From the NCBI GenBank assembly GCA_039588275.1, contig JBDHAC010000029.1:1-51175 (forward strand): a DNA stretch of 51,175 nucleotides, written 5' to 3'. This DNA comes from Gemmatimonadota bacterium (GTDB taxonomy: Bacteria > Gemmatimonadota > Gemmatimonadetes > Palauibacterales > Palauibacteraceae). The position numbers were made by a program, and so were the translations under genes. Below are positions 9,827 to 19,059 of the stretch, piece after piece (within the stretch, counting starts at the first letter, position 1; every line of letters begins with the position of its first letter). A model generated the notes under the pieces. The model was given only the letters and a program-made list of their open reading frames with translations, did not search any database and was not told where the DNA came from.

Positions 9827-11572
9827 ATGGAGGCACCTGACGAAGACTCGCTGAAGCACTTCGGTCCGAGAGGTTCGTCGGCACGCCTGGGCTCCAGGCC
9901 AGCTCTGGCTGTGCTGGTCCTGGGGGTTGCTGCGCTCGCCGTCTGGTGGTGGGTTCAGGGACCTGCGCCTGACGAGGCAGCTTCTGCCCGTCCCGAGGCC
10001 AGAGTGGTCGTGTTTCCCTTCGAAGACCTCTCCGGCGATGCTGCCCTGGAAGGCGCGGGCGACTATGCCGCCTTCGGGATCATCGATGGCCTGAGTTGGA
10101 TGGACGGAGCGAGTGTGGTAAGCCGGGACGCGGTGCTCCGGGCCCTCCAGATGGCGGGCGACAGCGTCAACACTCAGGAGATCGCCGCGGAGCTCGGCGC
10201 CGGAACCAAGGTCACGGGCCTTCTCGTGAGTAGCGACGACTCACTAGAGTTTCGGGCCGAGGTCAGTGCGGTGACAAGCGGCGAGGTGATCCACACCGCG
10301 GAGGCCTCGGGCCGCACCGCAGATCTGGCCGAGGTCGTCGAGAGCCTGAGGCAACGCGTGATGGGCGCGGTCGCGACGATGCTGGGTCCGGATCGGGGAA
10401 CGACGTATCTGTCGCGCCCGCCCACCTACGAGGCGTATCAGGCCTGGGCGAGAGGCGTAGAGAGGTTTTGGGCGCGGGATTTTGAGGGGGCACTCGACCG
10501 CCATCGTGAAGCCTACCGGTTGGACACCACCTTCGTGAACGCGCTCTTTGGCATGGCGCTCCAGTACAGCAACCTGGGGCAACCGGCGAAGGTGGATTCG
10601 TTGGTCGGGCTCCTTGAGGCTCGTCGGAGTGAGCTTCGTCCCCTGCACGGGTACTGGCTCGATTACTACCGAGCGTCCCTCGCAGGCGACTGGATGAGCA
10701 AGGTGGAGGCACAGAGAGCCCAGCTTCGTCTCGATCCGGAGTCATGGACGAGTCTCGTGATGACTGCGGTCGGTGCGGGGCGACCCAACGAGGCTCTACA
10801 GCTCTGGGAGGACTTTCAAGAAGGCCGGCTCGCTGCTCCACGTCGGGCGCCGGCACTGGAATGGCCAGCCTTCTGGGGACGGGTAGCCGCGGCTCAGCAC
10901 ATGACCGCCCGCTACCCGGAGCAGCTTGCAACCGCCCGCCGGGCTCGCGCGCAATTCCCAGAGTATCCAGGGGTGAGGTTGCACGAGATTCAGGCGCTCT
11001 TCGCGTTGGACCGATTCGAAGAAGCCTACGGATTGCTCGAAGAGGTTGAGAAGGCCGAGGGGCCCGGTGCGTTCGGGCCATTCTATTGGGTCGCGGCGGA
11101 CCTGCTCCGTCACGGATACGACGCTGAGGGTCGGGAAGTCGCGCACCGAGCCGTGTCCTGGCTTCGGTCTAGGGATCCGGAGTCCTTAAAGGGCGAAATA
11201 GCCGTGGCGTTGTTACTTGCCGGCCGGCCGGAGGAAGCCCTGCCGCTGATTCGGGAAGTCGCCACACAGAACCCCGACATTCCGGAAGTTCGGGGACTTC
11301 TCGGGATCGCGCTCGCACGTACCGGTGACCGGCCCGGAGCCGAAGCGGAAGCGCGCTGGTTGGAAGAGCTCGATCTGCCGTACTCCGATGGATACGAGAC
11401 GGAATTGCGCGCGAGCATCGCCGCTAATCTGGATCAGAACGACATGGCCGTGAGGCTCCTTCGGCAGGCGATACAAGAAGGCCTGTCGTTCGAGTACCTC
11501 CACTGCCAACCCCTCCTCGCGCCGCTGTGGGGGTACGAGCCTTTCGAGCAGGTCATCGCACCGAGGGGTTGA
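9827..11572 (+). CDS. Kinase-less membrane-anchored TolB-N-like/TPR receptor protein (paralog C)
   Basis: RBS GGGAGAAAGG. The first 11 codons match the kinase N-termini, followed directly by the TM, VVVFPFEDLSGD, TPRs and APLWGYEPFEQVIAPRG. Confidence 0.85.
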   Translation: MEAPDEDSLKHFGPRGSSARLGSRPALAVLVLGVAALAVWWWVQGPAPDEAASARPEARVVVFPFEDLSGDAALEGAGDYAAFGIIDGLSWMDGASVVSRDAVLRALQMAGDSVNTQEIAAELGAGTKVTGLLVSSDDSLEFRAEVSAVTSGEVIHTAEASGRTADLAEVVESLRQRVMGAVATMLGPDRGTTYLSRPPTYEAYQAWARGVERFWARDFEGALDRHREAYRLDTTFVNALFGMALQYSNLGQPAKVDSLVGLLEARRSELRPLHGYWLDYYRASLAGDWMSKVEAQRAQLRLDPESWTSLVMTAVGAGRPNEALQLWEDFQEGRLAAPRRAPALEWPAFWGRVAAAQHMTARYPEQLATARRARAQFPEYPGVRLHEIQALFALDRFEEAYGLLEEVEKAEGPGAFGPFYWVAADLLRHGYDAEGREVAHRAVSWLRSRDPESLKGEIAVALLLAGRPEEALPLIREVATQNPDIPEVRGLLGIALARTGDRPGAEAEARWLEELDLPYSDGYETELRASIAANLDQNDMAVRLLRQAIQEGLSFEYLHCQPLLAPLWGYEPFEQVIAPRG

Positions 11573-11632
11573 GACAGGTGAAGACATACGTAGACGACAC
11601 ACAGTCGACCCTGCCCGAGAGAACGCTAAGCG

Positions 11633-14509
11633 ATGGATGCAGTTGACGCAGACTCGCTGAAGCACCTGTTCGAGCGCGCTAGCAGGCTACTGGCCGACGA
11701 GCAGCTCGCGTTCCTGAAGGACGCCTGTAGAGGCGATCCCGCCCGGCAGGCCGAGCTTGAATCGCTGCTTGCGGCGGCCGAGGAGGCGGAGGGGTTCTTC
11801 GACAGCTTGGCCGACGCGGTTCTCTCCCTCCCTCACTGGTCGACCGACCCGGGCTCCGCGCCCCCCGAGACACGATCGGGACCGGATCCGCTCATTGGAC
11901 GGATGGTTCATCAGTACCGGATCGAGGAGAAGCTCGGCAGTGGTGGGATGGGAGTCGTGTATCGGGCACACGACACCGGGCTGAACCGGGCCGTGGCGCT
12001 CAAATTCCTGCCTCCGCATCTGCGCTCGGATGACGCGGCCACTCAACGCTTCCTGGTCGAAGCTCAGGCCGCTGCCGCGTTGGATCACCCGAACGCGTGT
12101 AACGTGCACGAGATCGGCGAGGACGAGGACGGGCGGGTGTTCATCGCCATGGCTTATTACGAGGGCGAGACGCTCAGGCGGAGGCTCGAGCGGGGTTCCC
12201 TCCCGATCGAAGAGGCCCTCGACTACGCGCAGCAGATCGCGGCCGGGCTCGGGGCTGCGCACGCACATGACATCGTCCACCGGGACATCAAGCCGGCGAA
12301 CGTGATCATCACCCCCGAGGGTGTCGCCAAGGTGCTGGACTTCGGGCTGGCCAAGCTGACCGATGTCACGCTCACCGGGACGGGTACGACGCTCGGCACG
12401 GTGGCTTACATGTCACCGGAGCAGGTCCAGGGCGAGGGAGTGGACCATCGCACGGACCTGTGGTCCCTGGGCGTGGTCTTGTACGAGATGCTGGCGGGCC
12501 AGCGCCCGTTCAAGGGGGACACGACGGCCGTCGTGTTCCATGCGATCCAGCACGAGGGTTCGAAGCCGCCGTCCGCCCTACGGGGCGACCTTCCGTCAGG
12601 GCTCGACGCCACGCTCGCGAAGGCTCTTGCGAAAGCACAGGACGATCGGTTCGCGACCGCCGAGGAGTTCGCCAGAGCGTTGCAGAGCCGTGAAACAGGC
12701 CCAGAGGTCTCGACCGAAGGCCCCGGCCGTAGAATCTCAAGGCGTTCCGTCCTGGTGTGGGCAGGTGTGGCGGCCATTGCGGGCCTCACGACCTTCGGGC
12801 TTGTCACATCGTCACGATCGGGCGGGGCGAGACCCGAGCCCTCCCCACCCACCAGCACCGACCTCGCACGAACAGCGATCGCGGTGCTGCCGTTCGAGAA
12901 TCTGAGTGCCGGAGGCGAGCACGCGTACTTCGCGGGCGGGCTGCACTCCGAATTGCTGACCCAGCTAGCCAAGGTGGCGGCCCTCACCGTCACGGCGCGA
13001 ACGTCAGTCCTGGGCTATGCAGATACGCACAAACCACTCTCGGTGATTGCAGACGAGCTGGGAGTGGGAAGCATCGTCGAAGGCAGCGTCCAGGTCCTCG
13101 GAGACCGTCTGCGGGTGAATGTGACGCTTCTGGACGGCGAAAGCGGTGGACCCCTTTGGGCGGAAACGTACGATGGATCGCTGGAAGACGCGTTTGCGGT
13201 CCAAAGCGAGGTCGCCCAGCAGGTCGTGACGGCGATGGGCGCGGCCCTCACGGAGACCGAGGTGAGCGCCATCACCGCGGCGCCGACCGACAATCCCGAG
13301 GCGTACCTGCTCTTCTTGCAGGGGGAGGAGTACCGCACCCGGGCAGGGTATACGAAGCAGGACCTCGAGATCGCACAGCAGCTCTACGAGCGGGCGCTGG
13401 TCATGGACCCGACGTTCGCGCTCGCGTACGCCTCTCTGTCGCAGGTCCACGCAATGATGTACTGGCTCCGGTATGACCCGTCCGCGACGCGGCTGGAGCG
13501 CCAGCGTGACGCGGCCGAGGCGGCACTCGGGCTCGCACCAGATCTTCCGCAGACGCGCTGGGCTATGGGATTGGTGTACTACTATGGCGAGCGGGACTAT
13601 GCCCGCGCCCTCGAGGAGCTGACTGCCGCGGTGGCGAGGCTCCCGGGATCCGGCGAGCTGCGGGCGTGGGTCGGCTATGCACATCGGCGCCTTGGTAACT
13701 GGGATGAGGCGTTGGCCGCGTTCGAGATGGCCACGGCGATAGACCCGCGCGATGCGCTTATCATCGGCGGGGGGAGCGGTCACACTCTAGCGTTCCTGCA
13801 CCGTTATGGCGACGCCATCGCGACGTATGACCGAGCGCTGAGATTGGCGCCGGATGCTTGGGCGCTGCAGTTGTCGAGAGCCAGGGCCTATCTCGGCTGG
13901 CGTGGTGAGCTGGATACGTTGCGGAGCACCCTGCTGCGTGGACCCGAGGACTACGGTCCGGGCGGCAGCCGTGACCTGTGGCAGGTGCAGCTAGCGTTTT
14001 GGGAGCGTGAGCCGGACACGATGTTGGCGCTTCTCGCCGAGCCCGAAGTGGTCACGTTCGAGGACCAGGGCTCATACGGGCCGGGATTGCTGTACGCCGC
14101 CTGGGCCCACCAGCTGCGTGGGGACCGCGATGCTGCGAGGCCAGCCTTCACAGGCGCGTTGGCACAGCTGGACTCGGCGCTGCGCGAGCTGCCGGACGAC
14201 TGGCGGGTGCACGCAGCACGGGGGCTGGCATTGGCTGGCATGGGGCGTGGTTCAGAGGCCCGGTTGGAAGCCGAGTGGATTCGCACGAATCGGCCGGGGC
14301 GACACTACGGCTGGACATACGCGACCGAAGCAGTCGCCATGATTCTCGCGCAGACGGGAGATGCGGAAGGCGCTCTGCACACTATCGAGCCGTCGGTAGC
14401 CGGTCCATCCTTTTTCAGCGTCCACAACCTCCGCCTCGACCCACGCTGGGACCCGATCCGCGACGATCCGCGGTTCCGGGCGCTGCTGGAGAGGTACGCA
14501 GAGCCCTGA
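11633..14509 (+). CDS. Hanks-type Ser/Thr protein kinase with TM and TolB-N-like/TPR sensor (paralog D)
   Basis: GSGGMGVVY, HRDIKPAN, DFG, YMSPEQ. Sensor IAVLPFENLS...FAGGLHSELLTQL...EGSV...RLRVNV, PTDNPEAY, C-terminal DPRWDPIRDDPRF. Confidence 0.94.
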   Translation: MDAVDADSLKHLFERASRLLADEQLAFLKDACRGDPARQAELESLLAAAEEAEGFFDSLADAVLSLPHWSTDPGSAPPETRSGPDPLIGRMVHQYRIEEKLGSGGMGVVYRAHDTGLNRAVALKFLPPHLRSDDAATQRFLVEAQAAAALDHPNACNVHEIGEDEDGRVFIAMAYYEGETLRRRLERGSLPIEEALDYAQQIAAGLGAAHAHDIVHRDIKPANVIITPEGVAKVLDFGLAKLTDVTLTGTGTTLGTVAYMSPEQVQGEGVDHRTDLWSLGVVLYEMLAGQRPFKGDTTAVVFHAIQHEGSKPPSALRGDLPSGLDATLAKALAKAQDDRFATAEEFARALQSRETGPEVSTEGPGRRISRRSVLVWAGVAAIAGLTTFGLVTSSRSGGARPEPSPPTSTDLARTAIAVLPFENLSAGGEHAYFAGGLHSELLTQLAKVAALTVTARTSVLGYADTHKPLSVIADELGVGSIVEGSVQVLGDRLRVNVTLLDGESGGPLWAETYDGSLEDAFAVQSEVAQQVVTAMGAALTETEVSAITAAPTDNPEAYLLFLQGEEYRTRAGYTKQDLEIAQQLYERALVMDPTFALAYASLSQVHAMMYWLRYDPSATRLERQRDAAEAALGLAPDLPQTRWAMGLVYYYGERDYARALEELTAAVARLPGSGELRAWVGYAHRRLGNWDEALAAFEMATAIDPRDALIIGGGSGHTLAFLHRYGDAIATYDRALRLAPDAWALQLSRARAYLGWRGELDTLRSTLLRGPEDYGPGGSRDLWQVQLAFWEREPDTMLALLAEPEVVTFEDQGSYGPGLLYAAWAHQLRGDRDAARPAFTGALAQLDSALRELPDDWRVHAARGLALAGMGRGSEARLEAEWIRTNRPGRHYGWTYATEAVAMILAQTGDAEGALHTIEPSVAGPSFFSVHNLRLDPRWDPIRDDPRFRALLERYAEP

Positions 14510-14512
14510 GGC

Positions 14513-15439
14513 TCAGGTTCCTGACCCGTCCTCCAGCGCCCCCACTAGCCCCCCGAGCGCTGACACTTCGTGGCGCTCCACGTACTCCGCGATCCCCTCG
14601 TGCACTCGGACGGCCGCGTCCGGGTCCACGAACGACGCGGTCCCCACCTGCACCAGGCACGCGCCGGCGAGGATGTACTGCATGGCGTCGGTCCCATTGC
14701 GGATCCCGCCGATCCCCATGATCGGGAGGTCGCAGGCCGCGGCCGCGCACCAGGTGGAGTACACCCCCATCGGCAGGATGGCGGGGCCGCTCACGCCGCC
14801 GCTCTGGTTACCGATCACGGGCCGTCGGCGCTCCACGTCGATCAACATGCCGGGGAAGGTGTTGATCGCGCTCAGGCCGTCGGCGCCGCCCTCCTCACAG
14901 ATGCGGGCGAAGACACCGACATCGGGCACATTCGGGGCGAGCTTGACGACCAGTGGACGTTCGGTCTCGCGTCGCAGGCGCTCGACGAGCTCGGCGAGCG
15001 AGGCCTCGTGCGTGCCGAACTCGGTCCCGCCTTCCACGTTCGGGCACGAGACGTTGATCTCGTAGCCGAGGAAGCCTTCTTCTCCGTCGAGCCCGGCGAC
15101 CACCGCCGCGAAGTCGTCGACCGTGTACCCCACCACGTTCACGAAGACGTGCGCTCGCGTCAGGTTCTCGTTCAGCCACGGGAGCTTCTCGGCGATGAAC
15201 CGCTCGAGCCCCACGTTCTCGAGGCCTATCGCGTTGATCATCCCTCCCGGTGTCTCGGCGACCCGGTGCGGGGGATTCCCGACGCGCGGTTCCACGCTCA
15301 CGGCCTTGGTGACCAAGCCCCCGATCCGATCGAGCGGGATCAGCTCCGCGTATTCCTGCCCGTACCCGCACGTGCCCGAGGCCAGCAGCACCGGGCTGTG
15401 GAACTCGACGCCGAACAGCGTCTGGGTCAGATCGGCCAT
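14513..15439 (-). CDS. pyrD: Dihydroorotate dehydrogenase B (NAD+), catalytic subunit
   Basis: PVLLASGT, NAIGLEN, EINVSCPN, VKLAPN, SAINT, GGVSG, GIGGI, VQVGTA. Start MADLTQ at 15439. Confidence 0.95.
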   Translation of the reverse strand: MADLTQTLFGVEFHSPVLLASGTCGYGQEYAELIPLDRIGGLVTKAVSVEPRVGNPPHRVAETPGGMINAIGLENVGLERFIAEKLPWLNENLTRAHVFVNVVGYTVDDFAAVVAGLDGEEGFLGYEINVSCPNVEGGTEFGTHEASLAELVERLRRETERPLVVKLAPNVPDVGVFARICEEGGADGLSAINTFPGMLIDVERRRPVIGNQSGGVSGPAILPMGVYSTWCAAAACDLPIMGIGGIRNGTDAMQYILAGACLVQVGTASFVDPDAAVRVHEGIAEYVERHEVSALGGLVGALEDGSGT

Positions 15440-15455
15440 GTCACGTTTCGCCAGA

Positions 15456-16331
15456 TCACGTCGGCCATGCCAACTCCGTCGCGTCGAACACGGGGCCTTC
15501 GATACACGATTTGATCCACGAGCCGTCGGCGCCGGGGACCACGCACCCCTGACAGGTCCCGATCCCGCAGGCCATGTGCTCCTCGACCGAAACCTGGAGG
15601 TCGCGCCCGCGCTCGCCCGCGAGCCGCACAACCGCGTGCAGCATGGGCGTTGGCCCGCAGGCGAGAAGGAGGGCGTCATCCGACGCGGCAGCCGTCGCCT
15701 CGGCACCGGTCGCCTCGAACGGCTCCTGGATGCCTCCGATACCCTCGGTGACGAACCCCCGTCGCCCGGCGCTCCCGTCCTCCGTGAACAACTCGGGGGT
15801 AACGCCGGTCAGCTCGCCCAGCAGATCGGGGTCGAACAGGAGCCGTGCGCTCCGTTCCCCGTACAGGAGGCGCAGAGGGCGGCCCGCGGCCGACGCCTCG
15901 GCGGCGAGGAAGATGAACGGCGCCAGCCCCACACCACCCGCCACGCACTCGATCGGGCGACCGGGGTCGAGTCTAAACGGGCGCCCGAGCGGACCCAGCA
16001 GAAGTGCTTCTTCGCCCGGCTCCAGACGCGCGAGCCTCCGCGTTCCTTCGCCGAATACCCGAACCAGCAGGCCGACGCGGCCGTCCTCCGAGCGCCAGGC
16101 CACGCTGAACGGGCGAGGCAGGAGAAACACCCCGGGCTCCTCGAGCCCGAGCCCCCACATGACGAACTGGCCGGGCTGGCTGGCGGCGGCGATCTCGGGG
16201 CTGTCGAACTCCAACCACCACGTGTCGTCGGCGACACGCCGGCGAGAGGTGACCCGTGCCCGGCTGCGGCACGGGGTGGCGCGTGAGGCGGCGCGAGCGC
16301 TCGCCCGATCGATCGTGCGCGTGCTCAGCAG
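15456..16331 (-). CDS. pyrK: Dihydroorotate dehydrogenase electron-transfer subunit
   Basis: PGQFVM, LPRPFS, GPLG, AGGVGLAP, ACGP, EEHMACGIGTCQGC...C-IEGPVF [2Fe-2S] motif. Start uncertain, probably CTG at 16331. Confidence 0.9.
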   Translation of the reverse strand: MLSTRTIDRASARAASRATPCRSRARVTSRRRVADDTWWLEFDSPEIAAASQPGQFVMWGLGLEEPGVFLLPRPFSVAWRSEDGRVGLLVRVFGEGTRRLARLEPGEEALLLGPLGRPFRLDPGRPIECVAGGVGLAPFIFLAAEASAAGRPLRLLYGERSARLLFDPDLLGELTGVTPELFTEDGSAGRRGFVTEGIGGIQEPFEATGAEATAAASDDALLLACGPTPMLHAVVRLAGERGRDLQVSVEEHMACGIGTCQGCVVPGADGSWIKSCIEGPVFDATELAWPT

Positions 16332-17572
16332 CTCCCCCCTCCCCCACCGCCGCCCCCAGCCTCCGTGTCCAGGAACGCCTTGTAGTCGGCGATCGCCTCG
16401 GCGAGCGCGGCCGCGATCTGCTCCTGCCCCGCGGAGCCGCTCATGAGGCGGCGTTCCGAGGAGTTCGTGATGAAGCCGAGCTCCACGATCACAGACGGCA
16501 TCTGGGCGAGCGCGCCGAGCAGTACCCAGAACTTGCCCTGCTTGACGCCCCTGTCCCGCCGGCTCGCATACGTCCGCCGCATCGAGTTCTGCACGCAACC
16601 GGCGAAGCGCCGCGACTCCACGGTGTTCTCGTTCCGGTCCAGGCCCGTGAGGATGAACTGCAGGTCATCCTCGATGGCCGCCCCGGCGCCATCCTCGTAC
16701 TGGATCACGCTGTTCTCGCGCAGGGCGACCTCGCGCGCCTCTTCCGACCGCTCCAGCCCGAGGAAGTACGTCTCGAACCCGTTCGCGGTCGAGCCCCCCC
16801 GGCCCGGCACCGAGTTGACGTGGATCGATACGAACAGCTCGCCCTCCCGCCGGACCGCGATCCGTGATCGCTCCTCGATGGGGATGAAGATGTCCCGGTC
16901 CCGGGTCATGCTCGGCTCGAACCCTCCCCGGGCTTCGAGCGCGCGGACGAGCGCCTGGCTCACCCCGAGCACGATGTCCTTCTCGCGGACCCCCTGGCTC
17001 AGCGTCCCTGGATCCCTGCCGCCGTGTCCCGGGTCGATGATGACGCGCATCGGCCGACTGGGGTCGCGACGTGGACGCGGCGTGATGGGAGCCGGTGCGA
17101 AGTCGGCCAGGTCGGCACCCGCCAGCCGGTCACCGGAGCCCACGGCGCTCGGCCACCATTCGGTGAGAAAATCGGACGGGATCCAGAACGCTCCGCCCCA
17201 CTCGTACGGCGCGTTCGCGAGCTGGTAGGTGGAGTCGCCGAGCCGGAAGAACGGGGATCCGGCCTCGAACACCAGATCCCGGCCGCCCAGGCGTGCGCGC
17301 ATGGACTGCCTCGCGACCGCCCCCTCCGAGAGCAGGGCGCGGGCGAGCTCGATCGCGTTGAACGCCGGATAGGCCCGGTGCCGGGCGATGCGGAGGTCCA
17401 CCGTCCGGCCGTTGAGCTCCGCCCGAAGCGTTCCGCTCGCGGGGGACTGCCCCACCGCCTGGCCGAGCGGAACGGCGAGGGCCAGCACGGCCACCGACAC
17501 GGTCACCGACATCGCCCGACCGGGCAAACCCCACACGCGTGAGCCGCCGCTATTCAGCGACGCTCTAGCCAT
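16325..17572 (-). CDS. N-acetylmuramoyl-L-alanine amidase (Amidase_3)
   Basis: IIDPGHGGRDPG, EKDIVL, FVSIHVNS, GFETYFL, SVIVELGFITN. N-terminal signal peptide. Alternative start 17512. Confidence 0.92.
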   Translation of the reverse strand: MARASLNSGGSRVWGLPGRAMSVTVSVAVLALAVPLGQAVGQSPASGTLRAELNGRTVDLRIARHRAYPAFNAIELARALLSEGAVARQSMRARLGGRDLVFEAGSPFFRLGDSTYQLANAPYEWGGAFWIPSDFLTEWWPSAVGSGDRLAGADLADFAPAPITPRPRRDPSRPMRVIIDPGHGGRDPGTLSQGVREKDIVLGVSQALVRALEARGGFEPSMTRDRDIFIPIEERSRIAVRREGELFVSIHVNSVPGRGGSTANGFETYFLGLERSEEAREVALRENSVIQYEDGAGAAIEDDLQFILTGLDRNENTVESRRFAGCVQNSMRRTYASRRDRGVKQGKFWVLLGALAQMPSVIVELGFITNSSERRLMSGSAGQEQIAAALAEAIADYKAFLDTEAGGGGGGGGSC

Positions 17573-18131
17573 CGCGCCGCGCGTCCTGCACCGCACGCTC
17601 CACCTCCCGTTTCATCGCCCGCTTCTTCAGATCTTCCCGCCGGTCATGGCGCGTCTTACCTCGCGCGACGGCCAAAGTGACCTTCGCGTGCCCGCGGCGG
17701 AAGTGCAGGTCCAGCGGCACCAGCGTGAGACCCGTTTCGTGGGTCTTCGTGTCCAACCGATAGATCTGTCGCTTGTGCAGCAGCAGCTTGCGTCGTCGCT
17801 TCGGGTCCGGTCGATCCAGCTGCGCCGATTCGTAGGGCGTGATGTGGAGGTTGTAGAGCCACACCTCCCCCGACTCCACGCGCGCGAACGCATCCGTGAA
17901 GCTCGCCTTCCCCTCGCGGAGCGACTTCACTTCCGCACCCTTCAACACGAGCCCCGCCTCGAACTCCTCCAGCACCTCATACTCGTGGCGCGCCTTCCGG
18001 TTGCGGGCCACGATCCGCACGCCCTCGGGGTCGGACTTGGCGCCCCCCCCAGACTTGGCGCCCCCACCACCGCGGGCCTTGGCGCCCGCCTTCCCAGACT
18101 TCGTGCTCACCTTTCGAGCCTTAGCGCTCAC
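17565..18131 (-). CDS. smpB: SsrA-binding protein
   Basis: [39 protein letters not shown] start overlaps the upstream stop (GTGA). Alternative start 18110. Confidence 0.95.
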   Translation of the reverse strand: MSAKARKVSTKSGKAGAKARGGGGAKSGGGAKSDPEGVRIVARNRKARHEYEVLEEFEAGLVLKGAEVKSLREGKASFTDAFARVESGEVWLYNLHITPYESAQLDRPDPKRRRKLLLHKRQIYRLDTKTHETGLTLVPLDLHFRRGHAKVTLAVARGKTRHDRREDLKKRAMKREVERAVQDARRDG

Positions 18132-18967
18132 TCTTCGAACAACTCGCGCTGTGTGCGAATCAACCGGTGGATCTCCGAAGACTGGGCGACCTCGCCACCG
18201 ATGAGGAAGAGGATCGACGCGTAGTACACCGACAACACGAGCACGACGAGCGTCGTGAACGCGAAGAAGATCGTCGACAGATCGGCGAACGCTTCCACGT
18301 AGCGGCTGAACGCGAAGGTGAGGACCTCGAACATCGCCGCCGCGAAGCCCGCCGCGATGGCCGCGGTTCGCCACCGGAGCCGCTTGGGCGGTACGAATTT
18401 GTAGATGAGCAAGAACATGATGAAGATCGTGGCGAACGCCGACGCGAAAGCGGTGAACTCCGGGCCGAACGGCGTAGGGAGCTGGATGCTATTGAACCAC
18501 GGGGCGTCGCTCAGCTGCAGGTATACCTTCAGACCGATGTAGACCGACAGGAGCAGCGTGCTGATCAGCACGAGCTGCATGTCGATCAGCTTCCCCTTGA
18601 TCACGCCGTGCGGGTCCTCGATGTCGAAGACGATGCACAGTGCGGTCCGCAGCGACCCGAACAGCCGGGTGGAAAGCCACACGAACAGCGGAGCGCTCAC
18701 GAGCGTGATGGACCCGGCGCTGTTCACGACGTCTTCGAATTGGCGCCGCAGGTTTTCCTGGACCTCGGGCGTCTGGGCCGGAACGATTCTCCACAACCAG
18801 CGGACCGCCTCATCCTTGAACGGCTCTGCGCCGACGCCCATCACCAGCGCGGGGATGGCGAGGAGGAGGAGCAGGAAGGGGATGGCGGCCAGCAAGACGC
18901 TGAACGTGAGGCCGGACGCGAGGAAGAAGACGCTATCGTCGGCGGCGCGATGATACACCCGACCCAC
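18128..18967 (-). CDS. YihY/virulence factor BrkB family membrane protein
   Basis: [26 protein letters not shown], multiple TMs, [17 protein letters not shown]. Confidence 0.88.
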   Translation of the reverse strand: MGRVYHRAADDSVFFLASGLTFSVLLAAIPFLLLLLAIPALVMGVGAEPFKDEAVRWLWRIVPAQTPEVQENLRRQFEDVVNSAGSITLVSAPLFVWLSTRLFGSLRTALCIVFDIEDPHGVIKGKLIDMQLVLISTLLLSVYIGLKVYLQLSDAPWFNSIQLPTPFGPEFTAFASAFATIFIMFLLIYKFVPPKRLRWRTAAIAAGFAAAMFEVLTFAFSRYVEAFADLSTIFFAFTTLVVLVLSVYYASILFLIGGEVAQSSEIHRLIRTQRELFEE

Positions 18968-19059
18968 GAACGAGCGGATCGGGTGAACCTCCGACGTCCA
19001 GCGTCTCGAGGCGGCCCGGCGCCACCAGCCTCGCAGAGGATTCGACCCGGGGTGGGGCG

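Noticed and set aside
6955..11572. Repeated 3' ends of A, B and C as a diversity-generating retroelement VR/TR
   Set aside because: Differences are mostly synonymous third-position changes, not adenine-specific, and no reverse transcriptase is present.
14506..14516. CTGAGGCTCAG at the island/pyrD junction, repeated at 46660-46670, as an att site
   Set aside because: It is a short near-palindrome made by two converging stop codons. The interval between copies is core genes and no integrase is present.
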